In this document: positions 10,100 through 19,414 of the stretch, in pieces | Layout: every line of letters begins with the position of its first letter | Numbering within the stretch: the first letter of the stretch is position 1 | Assembly: GCA_964548205.1 (NCBI GenBank) | Contig: CAZJPJ010000004.1 | Span: 21,577 to 85,576 of the forward strand | Direction: 5' to 3' | Source of the DNA: an uncultured Candidatus Saccharibacteria bacterium | GTDB lineage: Bacteria; Patescibacteriota; Minisyncoccia; Phycocordibacterales; WO2-35-19 | DNA: 64,000 bases | Notes under the pieces: generated by a model | Databases searched by the model: none | What the model was told of the DNA's origin: nothing | The model's input: only the letters and a program-made list of their open reading frames with translations | Position numbers and translations under genes: made by a program

Positions 10100-11983
10100 A
10101 TGTATCTTGTGAGCTGCACAATTTTGGAAAAAAATATCAAGAAAAATCTATCTTATTTTTCCAGTGAAAATTATGAGATTGGCTCCCTTATAAAAGTAAA
10201 AATAAGAAATAAAAACACTATTGGCCTAGTAACAGAGACCAAGAGTATTCTGGACGAAAAAATCGCCATTAGAAAGATGGGGTTCCCACTGAAAAAAGTA
10301 GTATCTAAGCATTATTCAGATTTCCTTTTAAAACCATTTTTGGAAAGCACGAGAGAAATCGCAAACTTTTACGCTACTACACAGGGAGCTGTTTTACGTC
10401 AGTTGATACCAGATTCCCTCCTCGAAAATCAAAATCTTATAAAGGTAGAGGGGGGGTTCAACATAACGGCTAATAATATAGAAAGAATTAATGTTTTGCA
10501 GGCGAATACAAACGAGCGCTACGATCATTATCGAACAATCATCCGTACTGAATTTGCAAAGAAACATTCAGTTTTTATATGTGTATCCAGAAATGACGAA
10601 GCAATCAAACTGAAAGAATTTCTTGGAAAAGGCATTGAAAAGTTTATAGCTACTCCAGAAACTTTTATGTCTAAAAAGGATATGAAAGCAGAGGTAATTA
10701 AGGCCGTGGACCGAAACCACCCTGTTCTAGTTATTGCCACAGGTTCTTGGCTTTTTTTACCGCGCACTGATTGGGGTTTGTTTATTATTGAGGGTGAGAA
10801 TTCGAATAATTGGTCAAGTTTTGGTAGTCCTTTTATAGATATGAGGGAGGTTACTAAATCAATATCAAAGCACTATGGCGCAACTCTTGTATTAGGAGAT
10901 AGCTTTCTTAGGATAGAGACCCTGTACCAATACAAGAACCAAAAATATGGCGAATTTGGATCTGTAAAATGGCGGCTCAGTCCAGAAGTTGATTGTCAGA
11001 TATTTGATAAGAGCGACGAAGTCAAGTTGAACAAGGACCCAAAAATATTGTCATCAATGATCCTAGAGAAAATCGAGCAAGCAATAAAAAGCAAGAAAAA
11101 TGTCTTCATATATTCTCCTCGCAAAGGTTTGGCCTCAAGCATTTTGTGTAGAGATTGTGGCCAAACCATAGAATGCAGCAACTGCAACTCTCCCATGGTC
11201 TTATACCGCCTCCATGATGAGAACATCTTTCGCTGTCATCAATGCGGAGAAAAGAGATCATCTAAGGAACTCTGCAAGATGTGTGGAGGTTGGAGACTGA
11301 TATCACTTGGTAGCGGCTCAGAAAAAATATCAGATGAAGTATCTAAGCATTTCAAAGACACATACGTATTTGAAATAAGTAAGGACAAAACTAAAACAAG
11401 CAAGCAAGTAAAAGATACTATCAGCAATTTTTTCCAAAAAAAAGGCAGTGTCTTGGTAGCCACAGAAATGGCACTTCCGTATATTTACAAACCAGTACCT
11501 CTTGTAGTAGCGGCTTCTCTTGCCCCATTATTTTCGATTCCAAACTTCAAAATTAACGAAAAGATATTCAAATTAGTGCTAGAGCTAAGAAATATGGCTA
11601 AGGATTTGTTCGTAGCCGAATCATATGGCAGCGACAAAGAACTTTTAGAAAAAGCTGTAAAAGGAGACGTTATGTCTTTTTATCAAGAAGAACTTAGCGA
11701 TAGAGAACTTTTGAATTATCCCCCATTTTCTATATTTATAAAAATAACTGTCAGAGGGACCAAAGAATTCGTAGAGAGAGAATCAGCTACTATCTTGGAT
11801 TTATTAGACAGTTATGATGTCACCACATTTCATTCGTTACATGAGAAAAAAGGACAGCCGTCAGCAATAAATATAGTAATAAAGCAAGATATCGAAAATT
11901 ATCCAGACATTGAACTTATAGCTATACTTAAAGATTTGCCCCTACATTTTGAGGTAAAAGTATCACCTGACAATCTGTTATAG
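10100..11983 (+). CDS. priA: primosomal protein N' (PriA) homolog with degenerate helicase/ATPase motifs
   Basis: N-terminal 3'-DNA-binding-like region. The zinc-binding Cys-rich region CRDCGQTIECSNCNSPMVLYRLHDENIFRCHQCGEKRSSKELCKMCGG is intact, and the C-terminal ...DRELLNYPPF fits PriA. Walker A is absent (YRTIIRTEF where GVTGSGKT is expected), DEEH is replaced by EGEN, and motif VI is lost. Confidence 0.7.
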   Translation: MYLVSCTILEKNIKKNLSYFSSENYEIGSLIKVKIRNKNTIGLVTETKSILDEKIAIRKMGFPLKKVVSKHYSDFLLKPFLESTREIANFYATTQGAVLRQLIPDSLLENQNLIKVEGGFNITANNIERINVLQANTNERYDHYRTIIRTEFAKKHSVFICVSRNDEAIKLKEFLGKGIEKFIATPETFMSKKDMKAEVIKAVDRNHPVLVIATGSWLFLPRTDWGLFIIEGENSNNWSSFGSPFIDMREVTKSISKHYGATLVLGDSFLRIETLYQYKNQKYGEFGSVKWRLSPEVDCQIFDKSDEVKLNKDPKILSSMILEKIEQAIKSKKNVFIYSPRKGLASSILCRDCGQTIECSNCNSPMVLYRLHDENIFRCHQCGEKRSSKELCKMCGGWRLISLGSGSEKISDEVSKHFKDTYVFEISKDKTKTSKQVKDTISNFFQKKGSVLVATEMALPYIYKPVPLVVAASLAPLFSIPNFKINEKIFKLVLELRNMAKDLFVAESYGSDKELLEKAVKGDVMSFYQEELSDRELLNYPPFSIFIKITVRGTKEFVERESATILDLLDSYDVTTFHSLHEKKGQPSAINIVIKQDIENYPDIELIAILKDLPLHFEVKVSPDNLL

Positions 11984-12032
11984 AGTTTATCCGGACCTAT
12001 CAACATTCAGGTCTTTATGCTAAATTCTAGCT

Positions 12033-12587
12033 ATGGAAAAAGATATTTTACAAAAGGATGATCCTATTCTTAGGTTGACAGCCAAGTCAGTAGAAGTGGA
12101 GGATATAACATCTAGAAAAATACAGACAATAATAAGACGAATGCAAAAAGCTCTCGAATCGCAAGACGATGGAGTTGCCATCGCTGCACCTCAAATAGGA
12201 GAATCTCTTAGGATTTTTGTAGTGTCAAAAAGAGTATTCGATATTCTGGAGGAAGAAAATAGGACAAACAATGAGGATGAAATAGGATCAAAAAACAACA
12301 AAGATATGGGTAAAACTAAGGATTTAGTCTTTATAAATCCAGTCATCATAAAACAATCAAAGAAAAAGATTATGCTTGAAGAGGGTTGTCTTTCTGTAAG
12401 ATGGTTATATGGATTGGTCCAAAGATCTGAAAAAACAACAGTTCGAGCTTATGATGAAATGGGTAAAATTTTTACTTTTGGGGGATCTGGCATCATGTCG
12501 CAGATTTTTCAACACGAGACGGATCACCTAGATGGCGTATTATTTATCGACAAAGCAAAAAATTTGAAAGATATACCACCAGAATAA
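12033..12587 (+). CDS. def: peptide deformylase
   Basis: EGCLSV and QHETDHLDG motifs. Confidence 0.9.
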   Translation: MEKDILQKDDPILRLTAKSVEVEDITSRKIQTIIRRMQKALESQDDGVAIAAPQIGESLRIFVVSKRVFDILEEENRTNNEDEIGSKNNKDMGKTKDLVFINPVIIKQSKKKIMLEEGCLSVRWLYGLVQRSEKTTVRAYDEMGKIFTFGGSGIMSQIFQHETDHLDGVLFIDKAKNLKDIPPE

Positions 12588-12591
12588 ATTC

Positions 12592-13470
12592 ATGTTAGAT
12601 ATCATCAATAAAAAAGAGAATTTTGTTTTTTTTGGATCATCAGAAATGTCTGTTTTTGTGCTTGATGAATTGAAAGCGCATGGTCTTGTACCAAAAATGA
12701 TAATCTCTACCCCAGATAAGCCTAAAGGAAGGAAGCTAGTGATGACTCCTTCGGTGGTGACAAATTGGGCTCTTGAGAACAACATAGAGGTATTGAGACC
12801 AGTCTCACTAAAAAATAACCAAGAAATAGTAGAGATTTTACAGAAAGGAAACTACCAGTATTTTTTGGTAGCATCTTATGGAAAACTCATACCAAGCACT
12901 ATATTTGATATCCCAGAAAAGAAAACTATCAATATACATCCTTCTTTGCTACCAAAATATAGAGGCGCTTCACCTGTACAAGCTCAAATACTTGAAGACG
13001 AGAAAGAAGTAGGAGTAAGTATAATGCTAATAGATGAGGAGATGGACCATGGACCACTATTAGCTCAGGAAAAAGTACAGATAGAAATGTGGCCATTAGG
13101 TAGAATCGAACTCGAAAAAATATTGGCAAAACGAGGAGCCTTACTTTTTCTACAGACCATTGAAAATTGGATTCTAGATAATGTAACACCACAAACACAA
13201 GATGAATCGAAAGTCATCCTTTGCAAGAAAATTATCAAAGAAGATGGCTTATTAAACATAAGTAATCTCGACTACAAACAATTCCTGAAAATTAAGGCTT
13301 TCGAAGGATGGCCCGGAACATTTTTTTTGTTTGATACTGGTGATAAAAAAATAAGAGTCATAGTAAAAGAAGCTCTTTGGAAAGACTGTGAGGTGGAAAT
13401 AACAAAAGTCCTACCTGAGGGTAAGACTTTGATGTTATATAAAGATTTCTTAAGAGGTTACAACAGATAG
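12592..13470 (+). CDS. fmt: methionyl-tRNA formyltransferase
   Basis: FFGSSE...TPDKPKGRK and NIHPSLLPKYRGASP motifs; the def-fmt pairing is classic. Confidence 0.9.
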   Translation: MLDIINKKENFVFFGSSEMSVFVLDELKAHGLVPKMIISTPDKPKGRKLVMTPSVVTNWALENNIEVLRPVSLKNNQEIVEILQKGNYQYFLVASYGKLIPSTIFDIPEKKTINIHPSLLPKYRGASPVQAQILEDEKEVGVSIMLIDEEMDHGPLLAQEKVQIEMWPLGRIELEKILAKRGALLFLQTIENWILDNVTPQTQDESKVILCKKIIKEDGLLNISNLDYKQFLKIKAFEGWPGTFFLFDTGDKKIRVIVKEALWKDCEVEITKVLPEGKTLMLYKDFLRGYNR

Positions 13471-13473
13471 CAT

Positions 13474-13761
13474 TTATTCGAGCTCTATTTCACTGCTTAC
13501 ACCTTCAGTATCAGCTAAATCTGCCGCATCAGTTGTATCAGAAACTTCGTCATTGGTTATAGTCGTATTTGTTTTATCTAGCTCTTTAAGACTCATAAAT
13601 GTGGCTGCTGTTTGGGTATAGGAAGCATCTAACTCCTCATACATACCGATACTTTTGTCATCTGAATAGGTGGTATACACGCTAGCCGTAATCAAAGCTG
13701 CGGCAAGCAAGACAATAGCTGATACTGTGTTGTTTACTTTTGGATCAAGATTATCGTTCAT
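13474..13761 (-). CDS. hypothetical membrane-anchored acidic protein
   Basis: One TM (VSAIVLLAAALITASVY) and an acidic tail; no family recognised. Confidence 0.3.
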   Translation of the reverse strand: MNDNLDPKVNNTVSAIVLLAAALITASVYTTYSDDKSIGMYEELDASYTQTAATFMSLKELDKTNTTITNDEVSDTTDAADLADTEGVSSEIELE

Positions 13762-13786
13762 TGGTAAATTCTTATATTATTAATAA

Positions 13787-14155
13787 CTACCTAAATTTTA
13801 TCATCTTTAGAATATTTTTCACCTTGGCTGCACCTGCTCTAAAAAGCTTCTCGCTTTTCTTTTTGTCTCGGGACAACTCCTTAGTTATCTCATCTTTGAC
13901 TTCGTCTATGGCGGCATAAAGGTCATCTTTCTCAACTGAGGCAAAGAAATCTTTACCACCTATATTTACCTTTATTTCTGCTCTAAAAATATCCCCCGAC
14001 TTATGATGATTGCTAGTCTTCCCCACTTCTACATTTGCAAGCAACTCTTCCTCCTCCTTTATATATTTATGAAGAGCCATAAGCTTCTTATCCACATATT
14101 CGCTAATAGCCTGAGTCAACTCTATGTTTAATGTTTTAAGATTAGTCTTTATCAT
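13787..14155 (-). CDS. hpf: ribosome hibernation-promoting factor / RaiA (YfiA) family
   Basis: MIKTNLKTLNIELTQAISEYV... and the overall pattern of the S30AE family; 122 aa. Confidence 0.75.
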   Translation of the reverse strand: MIKTNLKTLNIELTQAISEYVDKKLMALHKYIKEEEELLANVEVGKTSNHHKSGDIFRAEIKVNIGGKDFFASVEKDDLYAAIDEVKDEITKELSRDKKKSEKLFRAGAAKVKNILKMIKFR

Positions 14156-14178
14156 ACTACTATTCTACCACAAAATTA

Positions 14179-15033
14179 TTAGTCAAATATACTAACAAGG
14201 TACAAGTCGATGTTTCTCTGTTCTATGTCATAAAAATGCTCATTTTCTTCATGGAGCCTAGTTGCTAGGCCGACTCCTACAAATCTCCAGTGCCAAGGTT
14301 CAAACTGGTAATAGCCATTATCCTCTGGGTAGGACAATACAAAACCATACTTATAGGCATTTTGGTTCAACCAAGTATATGCATCTGTTTTATCAAATTT
14401 ATTGAAATCAGCACCAGTAGCCTTGGTCGTAAAATCTAGAGCTGTGCCTAGTTGGTGTTCAGAATACCCTTGGTCAGCACTGAATTTGTTGGCTCCGGTT
14501 CCGTAAACAACGGTATATCCGTTCTTCAACTGACTCTGGTCTCCAAAGGATCTGTAAGCTGAGATTACTTTTATGTCTACACCGCTACTCGAAGCAGCTT
14601 GCATCATTAGCTCAAAATACCTATAAACTTTTGAATGAAGCTTTAGATCTCTGGTTGGCTCGTAGAGCAAACCTTTGTCTATAGAGGTCAGAGAATCCGG
14701 TACATAGTGTTCATTGAGAAAGTAGACTTTGGAGTATTTCTGAAGTAATTCCTTATCAGTCTTAGACAGTTTGTCCAAAACTCCTACTGTGCTGGCTATC
14801 TCTTTTATTTGATTTTCAAACTCAGTGTTTCTAGATTTTTCATCATAAAGCAGAGATAGTATCCTTATGTTACTCTCTGACAAAGAGCTTACAATCTCAG
14901 GAGACTGATCGAACATAAATATTATTTCTTGATACAACCCTTTATAAACAAAATAAACATACCCCAAACCAGCAAAAGACAAAACTAAAAGTGCATAGAA
15001 GATGATCTTTTTTTTAGGTGAGCTATTTACCAT
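14179..15033 (-). CDS. D-alanyl-D-alanine carboxypeptidase, VanY/M15B family, membrane-anchored
   Basis: SEHQLGTALDF and ISAYRSFGDQ motifs of M15B peptidases; N-terminal TM. Confidence 0.7.
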   Translation of the reverse strand: MVNSSPKKKIIFYALLVLSFAGLGYVYFVYKGLYQEIIFMFDQSPEIVSSLSESNIRILSLLYDEKSRNTEFENQIKEIASTVGVLDKLSKTDKELLQKYSKVYFLNEHYVPDSLTSIDKGLLYEPTRDLKLHSKVYRYFELMMQAASSSGVDIKVISAYRSFGDQSQLKNGYTVVYGTGANKFSADQGYSEHQLGTALDFTTKATGADFNKFDKTDAYTWLNQNAYKYGFVLSYPEDNGYYQFEPWHWRFVGVGLATRLHEENEHFYDIEQRNIDLYLVSIFD

Positions 15034-15090
15034 GGCAAGATATTAGCATAAGAAATACAACCACAATAGAGCAAAGCTATAAATACCAAA

Positions 15091-15108
15091 CCCCGCACGA
15101 CGGCGGGG
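15091..15108 (-). terminator. intrinsic terminator hairpin for the 15117..15488 gene
   Basis: ccccgc-acgacg-gcgggg, a 6 bp GC stem, followed on the minus strand by a T-rich tract. Confidence 0.5.
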
Positions 15109-15116
15109 TAACACGA

Positions 15117-15488
15117 TCAGCGGGCGCTGATTTTGAGAGCCTTGAGAAATCTCAGGTCCTGTCTATCCAGAACGAGACCTGGCTCGTCGTCAGTTTCTGT
15201 ATGCATTACGATTTCTGCCCCATTTAAAATGATGGGGGCAATTGATTCGTTTGGCGTCAGATCGACGGTAAACGCCACGCCAGTCAAAGACGGGACAATC
15301 CCCATCTCCCTGATTTCCCGCATCACATTGGAGATCCTCGGGTCCTCAATAAACCCTTTTGCCATCTCCATGAATACATCATTGAGGCCTTGATCGAGAA
15401 CCTCAACTAATCCCCTCAACCGAGCAATAGCCTCGGGATTGTCTCTGAAAGGAAAACCTTCCCCTTCGAAGCTGAGATTATTTATCAT
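15117..15488 (-). CDS. hypothetical protein with GC-elevated coding sequence
   Basis: 123 aa. By eye the GC is about 48% against a mid-30s surround. No recognisable motifs. Confidence 0.4.
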   Translation of the reverse strand: MINNLSFEGEGFPFRDNPEAIARLRGLVEVLDQGLNDVFMEMAKGFIEDPRISNVMREIREMGIVPSLTGVAFTVDLTPNESIAPIILNGAEIVMHTETDDEPGLVLDRQDLRFLKALKISAR

Positions 15489-15539
15489 TCCAAGAAAATA
15501 ATAACATAGCTGTATAAAATAATCAAGTTTTAGGATATA

Positions 15540-15572
15540 CCAAAAGCGCCGCTTGCAAGCGCGCGCTTTTGG
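15540..15572. terminator. GC-rich near-perfect palindrome (ccaaaagcgc...gcgcttttgg) with A/T-run flanks, possibly a bidirectional terminator
   Basis: 10 bp perfect outer arms flanking an inner 12-nt palindrome. Confidence 0.4.
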
Positions 15573-15860
15573 AAACGGCTACAAATCGTAGAAGAGATGC
15601 GCCCCCTATTGTTTTATTTTTTATCTTGGACGATTTCGGGCTCATAACACCGAGGTCGATACACAAGATTTTGATATAGATTTAATCTATGGAGGCTCTC
15701 TTCAGACTTACCGTTGATTATATTTTCGCTTATCTAACAGAAATATCAATACCCCTCTGTGTCTAATTTTCTGGATTAACTGTGGAAAAAATGTTCAAAA
15801 GCCCCCTAAATCTGTGGGTAACTTTATACACAACAAAATGTCGTTCTTGTATATAAAAAC

Positions 15861-16604
15861 CTAGTACCAATCCCCTAGTACCACTTCTATATCAGGATTT
15901 GCATTATTTACTATCTCTTTAAACTTCTCTACATCGCTTAGTCCATCTTGACTACGATAATGGTATGGCCAGACCTGCTTTGGTTTGAACTCTAGCACTG
16001 CATCTGCCGCTTCTTCTACGGTCATGGTATAAGGCAGGTTCATAGGTATAAAGGCCACATCTATACTATCGAGCACTCTCATTTCTGGTGTACCGGAAGT
16101 GTCTCCGGCTATGTATACCCTGAAACCATCTTTTTCTACTACATAACCATTTCCTCTGCCCTTTGTATGATATGCGTCATCAGATTCTGGGATATTGTAC
16201 ATAGGTATCGCTGTTATTTTAAAGCCATCGAAGTCAATACTGTTGCCATTGCTTAAAACTTGAGATTTTATAACTACACTGTCTGGCAATTTTTCCTCTA
16301 ACACTTGGGGTACCACTAACAGTTCAGCGCTTTCAGCTACAGCTTCGAGCGTACTAGTACTAAAGTGGTCACCATGAATATCTGTAACAAGTACAATCCT
16401 TGCTGGTCCTTCTGCTGCAAATTTTTCTACACCCCCCACAGGATCTACATATATGTTTGTATCCCCCCAGTTCATGACAAAAGTAGCATGCTCTATAGGA
16501 TGGATATCAAAATTTTTTACCATAGCATCATTCTTGTCTCCCACCATAGACCCAATAAATATTAATACTAAAACCACCACTACCAACAAAATTAATTTTT
16601 TCAT
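15861..16604 (-). CDS. MBL-fold metallo-hydrolase, secreted or membrane-anchored
   Basis: VTDIHGDH (HxHxDH) motif; N-terminal signal/TM. Confidence 0.75.
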   Translation of the reverse strand: MKKLILLVVVVLVLIFIGSMVGDKNDAMVKNFDIHPIEHATFVMNWGDTNIYVDPVGGVEKFAAEGPARIVLVTDIHGDHFSTSTLEAVAESAELLVVPQVLEEKLPDSVVIKSQVLSNGNSIDFDGFKITAIPMYNIPESDDAYHTKGRGNGYVVEKDGFRVYIAGDTSGTPEMRVLDSIDVAFIPMNLPYTMTVEEAADAVLEFKPKQVWPYHYRSQDGLSDVEKFKEIVNNANPDIEVVLGDWY

Positions 16605-16643
16605 AACTATATATTAACACATTTATATAGTGACGTGACCGAG

Positions 16644-17096
16644 TCAAAATCTTGCGACTACTATGTAGAAGACAAGGAGCGCGAGACCTCCCCACCAACC
16701 TATATCAGAGAGTATCAAACTGACAATGATCTTTTTTTGCAAATACTGCGGCAGAAGTTCTGCTTGTCGTCCTTCTCGTTCTCGTGCAAGCAGAAAAGGA
16801 CTGACGTAAAAAGAAAGAAACAAACCGTTCAATATAAGTACGGTAGCGATAATGGCATGATACAGAGGTATGCCTGACAAAGACTCATGGCGATAAAATA
16901 TAAAGCCTCCGATTATAGCGAAAGTTGTACCAACCCATATTAGGGGCTTGGTTACCTTGTGAGTACGAATGGTTGCTTCGGTCCAATAAGAAGACTTGCG
17001 GCCCAAAAACCCGTGAACATCTATCACGGTGACAGCCCCAAGACCGATCACAAATCCAGCAATAAAGACAAACAAACCAATAAAATCTAAAATCAT
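16644..17096 (-). CDS. hypothetical polytopic membrane protein
   Basis: About 4 TM helices; no motif recognised. Confidence 0.4.
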   Translation of the reverse strand: MILDFIGLFVFIAGFVIGLGAVTVIDVHGFLGRKSSYWTEATIRTHKVTKPLIWVGTTFAIIGGFIFYRHESLSGIPLYHAIIATVLILNGLFLSFYVSPFLLAREREGRQAELLPQYLQKKIIVSLILSDIGWWGGLALLVFYIVVARF

Positions 17097-17495
17097 TTAT
17101 TTGAAACTTGTAATAAAGAAATATGCTATAGCACTGGTAAGCGCCGTAACTACCACTCCCCATAATATATCTACTACAGTCATAGAAATAGGCCACCGAT
17201 CTATAGTTGCATGGTTGGTCAGATCATAAGCAGCATATGCAGCAAGGCCCAAAAGAGCTCCTCGCCACAAAACCCCTACCCACGAACCAGATGAAATGCC
17301 CGGCAAAACAACCAACATAAGTATTACAAAAGCATAAAGGGGATAAAAAAAGGCTATCGGTAATATTTTTACTGATTTAGTAAAAAGAAACCCCATCTGC
17401 TCGGCATAAAAGTTTTTGGCAACTACCAAAATCCATATAGCATCGAGTACGATCATAGGTACAAGAGTTGCGATGTATGTGAGTAATAGATTCAT
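17097..17495 (-). CDS. hypothetical polytopic membrane protein
   Basis: 4 TM helices, 132 aa. Confidence 0.4.
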   Translation of the reverse strand: MNLLLTYIATLVPMIVLDAIWILVVAKNFYAEQMGFLFTKSVKILPIAFFYPLYAFVILMLVVLPGISSGSWVGVLWRGALLGLAAYAAYDLTNHATIDRWPISMTVVDILWGVVVTALTSAIAYFFITSFK

Positions 17496-17498
17496 AAG

Positions 17499-17906
17499 CT
17501 AATTATTTATATAAGTTATGGTCAACTGTAAGCAAGTAGCAAAAGTCACCCAAAGAAGATATGGGATATTGGCATAAACCACCCACCGAAGTGAAGCTGA
17601 TGAGTGCCATGCAGTATAAAGCGCCCAGACAAGAGTAATAAGAACAGCTAAAATATCGATAGAGGCTAGAAGGTTGTTTTTGAGGCCAAACTGTATCGGA
17701 GTAAAGGCAAAATTAAACACAAGATTGAGAGCAAACGGCAAAACTGTAATCAGTGGGATTTGTCTTGTAAAAGCTTTATAGAAAACTGTACCGAAGGATA
17801 TGGCGATAATAGCGTACAACAATGTCCATACCGGCCCAAAAACCCACGATGGCGGCGCCCAACTCGGCCTCAACAAAGCTTGATATGACTCATAGTTGTT
17901 TTCCAT
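17499..17906 (-). CDS. tspO: TspO/MBR family tryptophan-rich sensory protein
   Basis: LRPSWAPPSWVFGPVWTLLY motif and 5 TM helices. Confidence 0.7.
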   Translation of the reverse strand: MENNYESYQALLRPSWAPPSWVFGPVWTLLYAIIAISFGTVFYKAFTRQIPLITVLPFALNLVFNFAFTPIQFGLKNNLLASIDILAVLITLVWALYTAWHSSASLRWVVYANIPYLLWVTFATCLQLTITYINN

Positions 17907-17947
17907 ACCAAAATCATCTCATTTTTTGATAAAAAAAGAAAACTTTG

Positions 17948-18020
17948 CTCCGCGGGTAGGATTCGAACCTACGACCAACCCGTTAACAGCGGGCCGCTCT
18001 ACCAGCTGAGCTACCGCGGA
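17948..18020 (-). tRNA. tRNA-Asn (anticodon GTT)
   Basis: Minus-strand cloverleaf TCCGCGGTAGCTCAGCTGGTAGAGC...CTGTTAA...GGTTCGAATCC...CCGCGGAG. No encoded CCA. Confidence 0.85.
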
Positions 18021-18045
18021 ATAATGAATATTTAAAATAATTTTT

Positions 18046-18087
18046 CCCGCTCTACCATCCGCCAGCTGGCGGAGAGCTACCGCGGAA
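18046..18087 (-). repeat. partial copy of the tRNA-Asn 5' end (acceptor plus D-arm) with a 16-nt palindrome inserted in the D-loop, 25 nt upstream of the intact tRNA
   Basis: TCCGCGGTAGCTC [TCCGCCAGCTGGCGGA] TGGTAGAGCGGG compared with the tRNA's own positions 1-27. Confidence 0.6.
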
Positions 18088-18299
18088 TAAATTTTTTAAC
18101 GAACTCTCTGCCCCTAAAACTTTGCGATCACTTTTTCGATCTCTATAGGGCAACCCAAAAAGAATAGCAAAAAAAATAGTGGTAGTAAATATATCGCTAG
18201 CCGTCTTTCCCAAAGACTATATTTGTGGTACAATTCTTCCAGACAAAAGATCGGGTCGGCTGCTATCCCGACCTAACCAAGTTACCGGAAGGAGAGAAA

Positions 18300-18509
18300 G
18301 TGGAACATAAAAACAACGAGAGTATCGTGGAAATGATCAGGAAAGCATTCAAAAAAGATCCTGAATTCGCAGCGGCAGCAGCTCGAAGACATGAGACGTG
18401 GGAAACGATGACTGAGTTGATGCGTGAAGCATCGCAAAACTTGGTTGTACACGACCGGGTTTGTAGAGAAATTTGGTTACTCCGACGACAACTTGAATTG
18501 AGCCTTTAG
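18300..18509 (+). CDS. small hypothetical protein. A GTG start with a GGAAGGAGAG Shine-Dalgarno site is preferred over the track start.
   Basis: SD then GTG at about 18300; 69 aa; followed by a strong terminator. Confidence 0.35.
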   Translation: MEHKNNESIVEMIRKAFKKDPEFAAAAARRHETWETMTELMREASQNLVVHDRVCREIWLLRRQLELSL

Positions 18510-18538
18510 GAACCCTCACACCATTCGCATCCCCCCTA

Positions 18539-18561
18539 CCCCCGCGGCTTCGCCGCGGGGG
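18539..18561 (+). terminator. intrinsic terminator hairpin
   Basis: cccccgcgg-cttc-gccgcggggg, a perfect stem followed by a weak T-tract. Confidence 0.5.
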
Positions 18562-18605
18562 TACTCATTTTATAATTCGAAAAGACAGTTATCTAACATG
18601 CACAC

Positions 18606-19154
18606 CTAGCGCAAGCTAAGATCGTGAGCTTCTACTATTATAGCCCTTATTTCCTCCGGATTATCAGCGTGGTGGATGACTATGTCATCATGAGTTTTTG
18701 AGGCACCAGAGCCTGCAGTATGCACGTGTAGCGTGCCAAACTTGAAGAATGTGGCGATAAAGCCTTTTGTCTCTACTGTTATATCTTGTATCTGGTTGTA
18801 AGCACAGCTTGTGACGTGTCTATGGAAAAAGCCTTTCTGCTCTATATCTATAATTCTCTTGTTTGTAATAATCCATGTATCGAGATAATAGTCCGTCCAT
18901 TCTACAAAGAATACTATCCAAAGAAATAACAACCAAAGGGAGTAGGCAAAAGCGTAATGTCCACTGACAAAATTCCTTACACTTTCCACTATATCAGGGC
19001 GCAAAAAACTTGAAGTATCGCCGGAGAATACAAGTTTATACAAAGCTATAGGTAGAAGAGACATAGCAACAATACCAAGAGTAAATCCTATCATTACAAA
19101 CCAGTGTTTTCTGACCACTTTTACTATTTTCTCACCTTCTGAAAGTATAACCAT
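18606..19154 (-). CDS. membrane protein with a bacterial PH domain (bPH_2/YdbS-like, DUF304). The start is probably at MVILSEGEK rather than the track start.
   Basis: Two TMs followed by ...ITNKRIIDIEQKGFFHRHV...QIQDITVETKGFIATFFKFGTLHVHTAG, the bPH_2 pattern. Confidence 0.55.
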   Translation of the reverse strand: MVILSEGEKIVKVVRKHWFVMIGFTLGIVAMSLLPIALYKLVFSGDTSSFLRPDIVESVRNFVSGHYAFAYSLWLLFLWIVFFVEWTDYYLDTWIITNKRIIDIEQKGFFHRHVTSCAYNQIQDITVETKGFIATFFKFGTLHVHTAGSGASKTHDDIVIHHADNPEEIRAIIVEAHDLSLR

Positions 19155-19165
19155 GAAGATTTTTA

Positions 19166-19411
19166 TTAACTTATTGATTGAGAGGCCAAAAGCAATAGCA
19201 CTGCGGACACTATCAGAAAAACTACGGACAAGAGCAGGAATTTCCTTTCTCCCAACCCGTACTTTCGCCAATGATAGATCATAACTACAGAGACGACCAC
19301 AGTCATGATAGTAAAAAGAGCAAAAACCACCCACTCTAATTCCAAAAAAGTCATGCCAAGTATGATGTTAGAAAAAGTGGAGAGTATTTTATACGGTATA
19401 TCCACTGTCAT
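19166..19411 (-). CDS. small two-TM membrane protein (hypothetical)
   Basis: 81 aa and hydrophobic; fits the gap between dus and the bPH gene. Confidence 0.3.
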   Translation of the reverse strand: MTVDIPYKILSTFSNIILGMTFLELEWVVFALFTIMTVVVSVVMIYHWRKYGLGERKFLLLSVVFLIVSAVLLLLASQSIS

Positions 19412-19414
19412 ATT

